From the NCBI GenBank assembly GCA_029717555.1, contig JAMDHS010000103.1, positions 1-64,000 on the forward strand: a stretch of 64,000 bases of DNA, written 5' to 3'. Position numbers and translations under genes: made by a program. The DNA comes from Peribolospora baueri (Eukaryota). Below the pieces are notes generated by a model. It did no database searches, was not told the DNA's origin, and was given only the letters and a program-made list of their open reading frames with translations. This document shows, one piece after another, positions 52,700 to 64,000 of this stretch; position 1 is the stretch's first letter; the number at the start of each line of letters is the position of its first letter.

Positions 52700-54817
52700 T
52701 CAAGCAAAGCTCGCGTCGCGGCTGCCCTCGCGCGTAGCTTCGTGATCCATGCTCATCTTGTCGACCCCGCTATGTTCCATTTCGTGCGTGGAGAACATGT
52801 GGTTCGACCTGTGCCGGGCTACACGGTCGTCCAGCGGCAAGCTCGCCTCTGAGGGAAGCCGAATCGTCCCGGCGCCAGAGCCAGAAAAGCCATAATCGCC
52901 CTGGTGTGATGCTTGTCTTGGCCCCGAAGAAGCCATCACGTCCCGGCTGCCGAAAAACCGAAAGCTTTTCTTTCCGCTCGCCGACAATCCTTCCGCCGAC
53001 GATTTCGGGCCGTGGCCGACAACCTGGACACGGCCGCGCGAAGAGCCGTAGCCGCGGCCATGGTCAAAGCTGTGAGCGTCTGTCTCGATCCCATAGACGC
53101 TGAGAGCTTTAGGTTCTGCGGCCTCTTCGCAAAGGTTCAGCACCAGGCGGCAAGTCTGGAAGAGTACAAGACGGATGGCGACGGGAAGAAGAAGCCGAGT
53201 CGGGTCAACTACGCAGCACCTATACGTCGAAGGCGAATCAGCAGCTTACCAAGAGGGAAGTCATGACAGCTGGAGAGTGGCATTAGAGAGGGTAGATCGG
53301 GTTCGAGTCAGAGGCCAGCGGGAGCCTATTTCTGTTCAAACTCACTGGGAAGAGTTGCGTTGATGGATTGGATATCCTTTTGCGGTTGTAGGAAAAACAC
53401 CACGTTGATGAGGTTGCTGTACGAGCATCGATCCACGTCTGTCAGCTACGGCCGGCCTCCGTCTTCTTTTGACTGCCTTTACTATAGATAGTCTCGGCTC
53501 ACCAAACAGTAATGACGAAAAAATAGAGAACCTGGTCGCGAAGGATGACCGAAAGCAGGGTCGTCCGTCCTACGGTTTGGAAGAAGACAGCGACGTTTCG
53601 CACGACCAGACCGAGCAGGACGAAGTCCACAGCCATCGGCGCAATCCAACTGTCGAAACATTCGAGCGAGGGGGGAGGGGGGGGGAGGGGCAGCAGGCGT
53701 CAGCACATCACAGGGCACGACAAGGACCTAGCGGATGTCGAAAGTCGACTCACAGGCCAAGACCAAATGACCTAGGTGATTTGAGGCCAGCATAGCAGCC
53801 AGGTAGACCCTCAGGCGAGACGCCTATGCTCGTAGCAGGCCATATGTGCGAAGAAACCAAGGAACAACAAGGCAAGGAACAAATTCCAGAATAGGATGAG
53901 CGTCTCTTATGGTGAAGTCAGACCATTCTAGGGGAAACAAGAAAAGACGTACGAATGAAGGTGGATGAGGCGCCGAGGATGATGCCCGCATTGGCGACCA
54001 TCGCGACGACGAGGAACGCGCCCAGCGTGCGATCGCGGTGGTACAGAGCTGTCGGTAGAGAGGCGAGGTCAGTCCAATCTGACGCGACGGCTCCTCTCCC
54101 GACTTTAACTGCTACCAAGACGGCCCAGTGAACTCTCCCAGGTAGCTCACCATGTACGCGAAGACTTAGTATGGCTACAAAAAGAAGAAATAGACGTAGA
54201 CAAATGTCTGAGAGGCGTGTTCGGTATGGGACGAGTGAGACAAGAAATAACTGAACCCGTGCTCACCTTGACATACTAGGGAAATAATGGCGGCCAAGTA
54301 GGGCTGAAAAGGAGTGAAACGGTCGCACCTGCGGGTGTCCCATTGGAGGAAAAAAGCCGCGATGTCGACGATCTGTGCGGCTATGGTAAGATATCTGGCG
54401 TCGACGCGGCATCGCGAACGGTGGAGCAGAAGGCAAAGGAAGGGGAGTGTCAGTACTTAAAAAGCTGGTGTACGAGGACATGACCATGCTCACCTCGCGA
54501 GGAAGAAGAGGACAACTCCCGGAGAAAAGCGACTTAGTCGCCAGAAACGGTACTCTTTAGGAAGGAGGATAATCCAATCCCAGAAAAGGACCGAGTTGAG
54601 TGCGACTGCAGGAAAGAATAAGAAGCGTGAAAGGCAGGAAATGGCATAGGAGAGGAAGCAATGCGAGGGAAAAGACGAAGACGTTGCAACCGCTGTTCAG
54701 CTCCTGCGCACGAGCCTCTCTACACGCGGGAACCAAAGGTGACCGCGCTCACGCTCGCTCACCCAGGTAAAACTTGGTAGCGAGCAGGCTCTCGGGTTCT
54801 GGAGGAGCAGTGGCCAT
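52700..54817 (-). CDS. Basidiomycete multi-pass membrane protein, DUF6533-type (10 exons)
   Basis: Nine GT-AG introns splice to MATAPPEPESLLATKFYLVALNSVLFWDWIILLPKEYRFW...LFFLARYL...ILSLRVHALY...LPGC...ILRDQVLYFFVI...TCRLVLNL...ASFA* without stops. Confidence 0.85.
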
Positions 54818-56523
54818 GATTGCTGCGCGACCGGAAAAGCGAAGCAGCGAGCCGTGAGGCCAGGTAGGCCGTGGTCCTGAGAGCAGTCGCGAGCCTTTAT
54901 GTGCTGTCAAAGAGTTGCCACCTAGCATCCGGGGACGCTCTGGAACACAGCACACTTGAGGGACTGTCTCTCATCGGTGCAGAGAGGCGGCAGAGCCAGC
55001 CAGCCAGCCCAGCCATCCTTCCCCCATCCGGAGCAGATTTCGGTAAGCAACGGCGCCATTCCCTCGTCCACAGTAAGGTCTCATAGCTTGACTTGTTCTG
55101 AGCTGTTAAGCACGACAGCCAGCGCCCCGCCGGCTCTAATCCAGGGTAACGGAGATTCCGAGACTAACGTTGCTGACCGGCGGCTCGATTGCTTTGCTCC
55201 CGTCCGCGTATGCAAGAACGAGCGACATTCGAGTGGGTGTTCGGCCTCGGCGAGGATCTTGTCGTCACGAGAGACACGCTCTGCCCGCCATTTCGACACA
55301 TCCGTCCATGTCGCCTGCTAGCAAGATCGCATGGATGCGCAGAGGGAAGACATTTACGCTCGCATCAACGTCCCCACGAAATAGACAACGGGGCTCAATA
55401 CAAGCGATGTGCTGAAGGGACGAAGGATGTCGACTCTCCGCCATGCTATGGAGACGAACAGAGCCTCACACGCCGTCCGCTGAAGCTAACAGTCCCATCG
55501 CTATCTGCTGGCACTCGCCACTTGTTCTTTGTACATCAGGCCTTGTGGACTTAACAGTATGAGCAAGCCATTGCGTAGGATGCTTCCGCCTAAACCGCTG
55601 CGGTGGGGATTGGTGTCACCAAGGTCCGGGCGGCGAGGACTGGCCTAACGTTAGCCTCTAAAATGCCCGCACTTGTTGTCTTGGCCCCGCGCCTTCTTTT
55701 GCCCGCACACTGTAACTACGTGTAGCATATTCATGCGCTCCAGTTGACCGACCAGCAGACCTTTTACTCAGAGCGTCGCACAGCCGGTCCGACACCTTGG
55801 CGTATTTTGCGGCCGCCGGTTTCCGGACAACCGGTGCAACCGGAGATGGAGAGACAAGTGAGCCGCTTTCCAAGAAGCAAGCAGACGTCGACGCTACGGG
55901 GATGTAGAACGATCAGACCCCCCCGGCCTGGCTGCGACGGGCGGATGAATCATTCAGATACAAAAACCTCCGACCACGACGTTTGGACAAGACGAGGACG
56001 AAGAGACGACAGCCAGAAAGAGCGGACGGCGCAGGTTGTTGGGGTTGGCGCAAGCGAGGCGAGATCACCATCAGTCACGTGCAGCTTTACGTGACGTCGA
56101 TCCCGTCACCGGACGGATGTGTGGCCCCCTCGCAAGAATGCTAACGCCGGCTACAATACGCCGTCGAACATCCTTGCCAAGGCCGAACGGTCGCTGATGT
56201 TTATACAGTGATTACTGTGCACCGTTCATGATAACTGCTCGCAACGGCTGTGCGAGAAAGAGCACGTTTCCAGCCAGCGCCGGCAACGGCCCCGACCGGG
56301 CGAGCGGCAGGTCCAGAGGCGGGCTCCGATCTCTGGACGTCGTACAGATGACATACTGATCCTTACATGTTGGACGTACAGAATTACTATTTCTTGGCCA
56401 CCACCCTCTCGTCAGGACGAACAAAGCCCGAGCGCCGCTCTGCTCTGCTCCACTACTCTCTCTCGCTGACGGCGAACCATACCCTTACTAGTCTCGTTCG
56501 ACCCGTGTTACACCTAGCTCACC

Positions 56524-58888
56524 ATGCCCGCCGTCATCCAGCGACTGCGCGCCATCATCAACAGCTCCCTCGATGTGTTCGAGCAAGAGTGGGAGGACCA
56601 GGGGCTGGGGGACGATGACATCGACAGGCCCGTGCCGCGTGTGCGTTTCTTTACACGACAGAGGCGAGGACGAAGAGGAGAACCGTTACGATCACCAGCT
56701 CGGGGCGAAGCTTACTCCTGAAAGCGTCTTGCAGTTGCTCGACGACGCCGCTTTTCTTCCCACCCCGCGCTTTTACGAGGCCCGACGAGCCTTGCACGGA
56801 TCCATGGCCATGCTGGCGGCGGTCACGAGCAGCGCTGCCGAGAGGAGCATCGACGTCTGCGTCCAAGTGCGTTCCCTTTTTTTCGTCCTGCTCGAAGCTC
56901 GAAAGGCACAGCATGAAGCCTCTCCTCCCCGTTGCTTTTTGCGTCATTTACCCGCCTCCAGGCATTCGAGAGCGGCGCCCTGAACGTCGCGGTCCACGCC
57001 AAGGTGCCTGACATCCTCGCCGCCGAGGACGTTGATCAGAACGTTGGCCTCAGTGCCGAGGAGTTGCAGAAAAGGACGGGCATAGACGCGGGCAAGCTGG
57101 GTGAGCAAACACCGGGGACCACCCCCAAAGCCGGATTGGCTTGCGAGCCCGTCAAGAGCGCGGGTGTAGAAGAAACGAACAAGGCTAAGCCAGAAAGAGC
57201 GAGGCGTCGTCCACCGCTTCTTCTACTGACCCCATTCCTCTCATCGTCGGTGCCCGCCCGTGTGCTTTGCCAGCTCGGCTTCTCCGCACGCTCTGCTCCA
57301 TACACATCTTCCGTGAGACGTCCGAGGGTGTCTTTGCCAACAACCGCTTCTCCTCTCACTACATTTCCCCCAAGCCGGGCTACTACTACGCCAAAGCTCT
57401 GTAAGTGTCTTGCAGCCATTCCGCGCACAGCCCCGCCTAGTCCGGACCGGAACCGGTCCCATTGGCCGACTGAGACTCGTCCTTGCCTTCATGTCTGCGG
57501 AATGCTCATTCATGCTATGCCAGCACGCGTGAGACCATGCGCACCTCATCCGGTCTGTGGGACCTGCTCTCCGACCCAAAGAAGACGGGCTCGTATGCTC
57601 CCAAGGACACGGCATTCAACGTCGCCTACGGCACGGACAAGGCTTACTTCGATTACCTCGCCGAGGACCCGGAGGTCCTCCAGGATTTCGGTGAGGCTTG
57701 GATCTCCCTCTCCGCAGGATTGTTATCGATCGTGCTGACCTCGCCGTGTCCCTCTGGAATGACCACTATGCGCCGGATCTTTGTTGCGGGGCGCGGCGGT
57801 AGCGATCGCCATGACCGGCTTTGGCCAAAATTCGCTGGCTTCCACGCTCGTGGACTACCCGTGGGCCGCGCTAGGGCCCAAGACGATCGTCGACATCGGC
57901 GGTGGCCACGGTGGCTTTTCCCTGCCCCTCTTGAAGCGTTTTCCCCAATTCAAGCTCGTGCTCCAAGACAGGCCGGAAACGTTGCCGTTGGCGCGCAAGG
58001 TGAGCCCGCGCGCTGGGCGAACGAGCGACCACCTGGACGGCCAGTCGGGTCCTCTGGCATGCAGAGGGGCTCAACCTCCTGTCCATGTCTTTTAATCTTT
58101 CTTTCGTCTCCGCGTTCCGACAATAGAACTTCGAAGATCACTATCCAGAAGCTCTCCAAGACGGACGGGCCGAGTTTGAGGAGTACGACTTTTTCACGCC
58201 GCAGACGCGCAAAGGGGAAGACTATGTCTACTTTATGCGGTGGATCCTGTGCGTCTGCCACCACCGTGTGTGGAGGCAACATTGGAGTCGTGCGCGCACA
58301 ATCGCTTTTTTTTCCCGTCCCTTGTCTCATTTCGCTTCTCTTCTTCTCCTTTCGCCTCGAGCAGCCACGACTGGTCCGACACTCCCAGCGTCGACATCCT
58401 GCGGTCCATTCGCTCGGCGATGCAGCCCGGCTCGAAGCTGATCATCATCGACTGCATCGTCAAGCCCGGTCTCGTCTCCCAAGCCACCGCCGGCGGACGC
58501 GAGGACGACGACCTCTTCGCCGGCGTTTCCAATCAGGAAGCCTACGAGCCCATGGCCGCCCCGGCGCCCCTGCCGAGCAACTTTGGCGTGCCGAGTCTCT
58601 CCGAGATGCAAGCCGACTTGACGATGATGGGGTTACTGAGTGAGAGCTTAGCGAACAAGCTACTTCTCGACGGACGCGCGTCGTGGAGGATGAATCGCTC
58701 ATTTCACACCGTTTCTTCCCTCCCTCCCCTCGTCTCTCTTCCCGGCCGTGGTCCTCTCCTTTTGCACAGACGGCGTCGAGCGCACCGAGGCGCAGTTCCG
58801 TGCCCTATTCGAGGCTGCCGGCCTGAGGCTCGTCAGGGTGTTCCGGGTGCGCGCGATGCACAGCGTCATGGAGGTGGAAGCTGCGTGA
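56524..58888 (+). CDS. SAM-dependent O-methyltransferase (Methyltransf_2 family, ~9 exons)
   Basis: Dimerisation region (KL|ARLLRTLCSIHIFRETSEGVFANNR), DYPWAAL, IVDIGGGHG, LVLQDRPE, YDFFTPQ, MRWIL|HDWSD, DLTMMGLL|NGVERT. Confidence 0.93.
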
Positions 58889-61800
58889 GGATGTCGACGG
58901 TGAGCGGATGAACGATGGATTTGGAGAGAAGAGATGGACGGAGGACGGACTGTACCACACACACGCTTTCGTCCAGGCGAATTGCAGATACAGAGGGAGA
59001 AAGGAAGGTGGGAAAGAAACAGAAGTGATCTGGAGAGAGCGAGCGAGCCGTGCGCCGTTCGTTTCCTACAGCCGCCGTCTTTCTTCATTCTACGAACAAC
59101 CAAACCTGCAAATGCGGGCTTGCCCTGCCGTTTAGAAAAGAGCTTGGCGTCTGCAGGCAAGCTGGGAAGGGAACGGCGTCACGGACACCGAGGTCGTACA
59201 GCACCCCGTCGGTCTTGACGGTGAGGTGAGCGTGGCCCTCGCTGAGCTCGACCATCCTTCAGCAGACCCGTTTGGGCGCCGGTCAGGTGGATGGAGCGCG
59301 TGGACCCCTTCTGGGAGCAGGGAAGGGGAAAGGAGACGGGATGCGTCGACGCTTTCGCCGACCGTCTCGCCTGCGGGCGGTGGCGGTGCACAGGGCGACG
59401 CCGTGCGCTCGGTCAGCTCAGACTTGCATCTCCGTTGCTCCTTTTTCTTTCATGCGCGTCGCTCGAGGTGGATTTACAGCCGGCCGAGAGCGGTGGCATA
59501 CCGGCCGGCGATCACTAGCACAACGAGGGAGGATTGCTGCGCATTTCCAAGTTGCGCCCCATCGCCTAAAGAAAACGCTCTCGTCGGTGCGTACAGTACG
59601 GTATGTCCCACACCGTACGCAAGAAAGTGAGTAGATGTCAAACGGCATCATTGATAAGAGACAGTCGGCCAGCCGACGAGCTGCGGAATCCAAAGGAGAC
59701 CGGGCGGCGGCGGCGGCCGGTGCGAAGGACGAAGGAGCGGAGGAAGCGACGGTGACGTCAGCGGGCACCTTATTTTCGAGTGCGGACGATATCTCGGCGA
59801 CCAAAGTCGGCGAACCGAAGAGAGGGCGAACGTGGAGAAGAAGAGCGTGCCAGGTAGAGCGCGCGATAGGCGATGGACAGGCCGGAAATGAATTTGAAGA
59901 AGACCAAGGGACGGTGGCGACGATCGTTTGGGCGGTGTGGGACGGATCTAGCGGCGGTCGTAGAAGGAGGAGCGGGATCGCCTGATGACCGTTGGGGGGC
60001 AGCTTTGGTGTTGTTCACTTGCGCCGGACCATCCCACCTCGCCCCGTCCAAGGCCGGCCGTCCCGCCGTCGTCGCCAACCGCCGGCGGGCGGTGGCGGCG
60101 TGTTGGCGGCCAAGGTTGCCTCCCTCTCTGAGTTGCAAGCGCCGCCGTCGAGCTCTTCTCCACTTGTTCTGTTAGCTAATCCGTGCGCCGCCATGGCACG
60201 CCATCCACCCTAGTCCATGCTGGACGATGCTATCTACGCGCACCTTTTCTGTCCTTCACACCCCGCGACGTCGGCGCAGTAGGTATCGCCACTAAGGTCG
60301 TCGTCCACCTCGGTAGCTCCAAGTTGGGTACACTGTGTATAATGAGCGTCCAGTCCAGCCCATCTTCGCGCGGCGCGGCGACTCACCACGTCCTCCTGTC
60401 CGAGTACATCCCTCACTCGTGAACTGATGGTCATTTACATTTACGCCGCCGCCGGCGCCCATGCTGCGTGGAGGCAAGGTTTCACTCTCAGCGGCCTTAA
60501 GATGAAGATGTCCAGGGATGTACAGGTAAGGAACGCCGCCTCGCTCTATCTCCGCCACGTCCATTCGGGCCTTTGGACATTCTACGTTAACTGCACGTTC
60601 TCCATCGGATCCGCCACACGGTAAACAACGGGAACACGCACCTCGTGGCGCGATCCCATCCCAAGCTCGGCGGCATAACATCCATCTGCTCCTCTTATCT
60701 CTCCCACGCCGGAGATGCCGGCGCGACGACCGTTCGTTTCTCTTTAACCTCGTCCCGCCGAGTCGAATCGAGTCGGCTCTGAGAGAAAGCGGTGTGCCGC
60801 CCGCAAACAAACAGGCCGGGCAGTGTCGAGGGGCGTGAACGACTGCCTGTCCGTGCTGCATCCTCCCGCGGGGGGCGACGGCTCAGCCGGCGCAGTGCGG
60901 CAGGGCCCCAATGGGGGGAGAGGAAGACGAAAGAAAGAGTCGAGCGGACGACGCCCTCCTCGTTCCGCCGCGCTTCCGTTTCTATCCACGTCACTCCACC
61001 CATCGGCGGAGGGTGAGCGTTCGAGGCGGCTCGGCTGGCCTCGCCGTGAGCGGTGGCCCAGTGGATGGGCGAAGGAGACGGGAGGAGCGAAGGAGCGATG
61101 AGAAAAAAAGGCTGTCGACGAAGAAGAAGAAGGAGGCCGACGTGGACGGCGGCAGGAGAGGGAAGAGAAGGATCGACGATGCATGGGGAGGAGGAAGAAG
61201 GAAAGGCAAGGGAAGAAAGGCGGTTCTCCGTGAAGGCGACTAGTTTAGGACTGCGTACCTGCAGTGTGCACTCTCATGCACACACTCGGTACGGCGCCAT
61301 ATAGCCGTCCGTCGGCGGTATGACGACTTTGGAGCCGTACCAGGCGGTGGCGCATCATTAGATGATACGGTAGATAGTGCGGAACGCCGTCGGGTCTGAT
61401 CACGGTGCATACAGACTGGCACCAACGTAGAGTAGATCGACGCAAGCGAGACAGGCTCGATCAGGTCCGAACGAACGGATGGGGAGCGGGCGGGCGGGCG
61501 AACGGGCGAGGGAGAAGAGGAGAGAACGATGGAAGGCGCCTTGGTCTTGGTCTTGTTCGGTCATCGAAGCTAAGCGTGCGTCGGACATGGACTGTCTAGC
61601 ACGGATAGGGCGAGTCGAAGCCGACGGGGGCGTTCTTTTTCCTCGTTTTTTTTGTTCTTTCGTTCGTTCTTTTGTTCTCTCGTTCTTTCGCTCGTTCTTT
61701 CGTTCTTCTTTCCGTGGCCTCGTCCGCCGGTCTTCGACGTGGGATTCGACGAGACGTCGCGGGGAGAATGGAGAGACGTCGGCGAGAAAAGGGGGAGGAG

Positions 61801-62079
61801 GACCACCGACCGACCCGACTGTGCGGCGTTCATTCAGTTGAGCCGACGCAATCCGTCGTCGACCCGCGAAGGGACTGGACCGGTTACGTCACTGGTCCGG
61901 TCGGTCGGACGATCTTGCGCACGCTTGCAGCTCCCGTCTCCTCATTGCCTCCGTCCCGTCCCGTCGTTACCGTCCTTGCTTTCTTTCTGTGTTCGCTCGG
62001 TTCCCTCGTGCGACAGACAGTGCGGTTTCGAGTCGAGTCGGATCGATCGAATCGAACGCCAGCGCTGGGTTCGTTGGGA

Positions 62080-62103
62080 AAGAAGAAGAAGAAGAAGAAG
62101 AGA
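62080..62103. repeat. (AAG)n microsatellite
   Basis: About seven consecutive AAG units. Confidence 0.85.
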
Positions 62104-62677
62104 GAAGAAAGAAGAAGGAAGACGGAGAGCGGAAGGAAGAGACGGCGTGCGTTTGAGTCCGACGCCGACTCTTTCATCGTCCCCGGCTTTTCCTTTGTTC
62201 GTTCGTTCGTTGTTCATCCGTTCGTACCCGCCCGCCGTTCTTTCCACGCGGCCTACCCGAGCTGCCATGCCAGCTGCGGCTCCGTCGATCGGCGGCTGCA
62301 TGTGCATGAAGATAGACATGCGCAGTCGTTCGTCTTCTGTGCGCGTTCCTCGCAGGCCACGAGGAGCAAGAGGGGATGATGTCGAGGAGCGGCGGGTGGA
62401 TGGATGGATGGATGGCTTGCTGATGCAGATCACCGACGCCGCTGGTCGTCGTCGCTCTCCTTCTTCCTCGCTCATCGTCCCGTCCAACGACGCCCTTCGC
62501 ACTCGGTTAGGTTACATGTATGTACGGGGCGCTGAGCCCACGCCACGCCATGCCACGCCACGCCCACCGTCGCCACCGGGGCTTGCCCGAACCGTCGCCG
62601 CCGTCGTCGTGGCTTCATCCATCGCTCCCTGCTGGCGAAGCGTAGTGTAGTTTAGTCAACGTGCGGGGCGATCGATC

Positions 62678-62701
62678 GCTTGCTTGCTTGCTTGCTTGCT
62701 T
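62678..62701. repeat. (GCTT)6 microsatellite
   Basis: Directly visible. Confidence 0.85.
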
Positions 62702-63336
62702 CCTGGCTGACTGCCTAGCTAGCTAGCAGGCCGCTTGGTCCGACGCTTGGGAGCGTTCTTGGAACGACGGCGATCTCCGGCAGAGCACTTGTGGTGCGTA
62801 GTGGATGGGACGCGCCGGTGCTAGTTATCGTCGTCGCCGTTGGTGGCCGTCGTCGTCGTCGATCGTCGTCACCATTCACCGTCATTTTCTTGTTCCTTTC
62901 CTTTCCTTCCACCCCTCCCCAGACTTCCTTCCGCTCGGCTCGTCTCGTCTGCCCCACGTCCACTTCTCCTCTCCTTCCCTCCTCCCTGCCCTCCGCCTCG
63001 CCAACGAGCCTTCCCTCCACCTTTCTTTCCTCCCTGCTTCCGTCCGACGCCCTCCTTCTGTCTCTCCTATTTCCGTTTCTCAAATTGGATATCTCGCTGA
63101 TCGGCGACGCCCGTGCTGCGCTTGCGTTCCTCCTCTCTCTCTGTGTGTGTCTCTCTCTCCTCTTCTCTCTCCCTCTCTCTTCTCCGTTCGAACAGCGCCC
63201 TCGGCTGCAGTACATAGATAGTCGCCCACAGTGAGCCGTCGTAGTAACTAGTCCGACCGTCGTAGTCCTACAAGTCCTACACCCTCCCACGCGCTGCTCC
63301 TCCTGCTGCGCTTCCTTCCCGTTCTTGCTCCCAGAC

Positions 63337-63368
<32 letters not shown>
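63337..63368. repeat. (CGA)10 microsatellite
   Basis: Directly visible. Confidence 0.85.
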
Positions 63369-64000
63369 TCGTGCCACGACGCTCGAGACGACCAACCACG
63401 CCGACCGCCAGATAGAAGAACGCCCTCACCCTCCCTCTTCCTTCCTCCCCGTTCTTTCTCCTCCATCTCGCCACCCCGCTAACGACGACCGGCCGTCTTT
63501 TGACTCGCATCGCTCCCCTCGTCTCGTCTCGCCACGCCACACCACACACACACCCACCCACGTACCCACGCACCCACTCCCACACCCGACCGCGACCACC
63601 TACGGCCTCTCTCCTCTTCATCTCCCCGTCGCGCCGGTCGTCGACCTCCATAAGTCACTTAGGTCGCACCTGCGATCGGCCAGATCGACGACGTGCAGCA
63701 GCGCAGCAGCAGTCACACCAGCACCAGCGCCGGCACCACCACCAGTATCAGCGCTGTTAGTCCCCTCTGCGCTATCATACCGAACAGCTGGCTGGTAAGT
63801 GTGATCGATATATCCGTTCTCGACGTCTTTCCCGATCGGATCGGATCAGATATGGTGGGCGGATAGAAGAGAAGAGATGAAAAGAGACGAGACGAGGTTA
63901 CCGTCCGTCGTCGTCATCGTCGTCGTCGTCGCGAGATCGGCGCCGCGTATCATCGTATCGTGTCCGTCCAATTATGCTCCGCTCCGATCGTGTCGACGGC

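Noticed and set aside
53290..53320. GGTTCGAGTC T-loop/B-box-like motif suggesting a tRNA
   Set aside because: No cloverleaf stems; lies within an intron of the DUF6533-type gene.
61652..63395. Long ORFs (332, 235 and 226 aa) in the distal region
   Set aside because: Products are translations of microsatellites and pyrimidine tracts; long stop-free frames are expected at this GC content.

Overview
GC-rich, intron-rich eukaryotic DNA, almost certainly a basidiomycete fungus (GT-AG introns with GTGAGT donors and CTRAC branch points, fungal-type genes). From 0.9 to 43 kb it is a dense housekeeping block: SRP54, a 4-exon ZNF706-like zinc finger, a hypothetical protein, NEW1/Elf1 (eEF3 paralogue), a frameshifted methyltransferase, a She10-like ER protein, SconB/Met30, NSRP1/CCDC55, a PRCC-like protein, thymidylate kinase, NDUFA8, ISU1, ALG8, dynamitin and an NAD kinase. 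From 44 to 59 kb it is an accessory-looking block: an MFS transporter, a rearranged 3.9-kb tandem duplication, a 10-exon DUF6533-type membrane protein and an O-methyltransferase. The last 5 kb has no gene I can support. The most unusual structure is at 47.5-54.3 kb. The left copy of the duplication has collapsed into a near-perfect 154-bp fold-back of a Uma2-like PD-(D/E)xK nuclease gene. That fold-back is fused flush to the outward-reading end of a Ty3/gypsy LTR whose TATA box points into it, making it a candidate LTR-driven hairpin-RNA locus against the neighbouring nuclease family. CDS coordinates are gene spans including introns, spliced by eye. Family assignments come from recalled motifs, not database searches.
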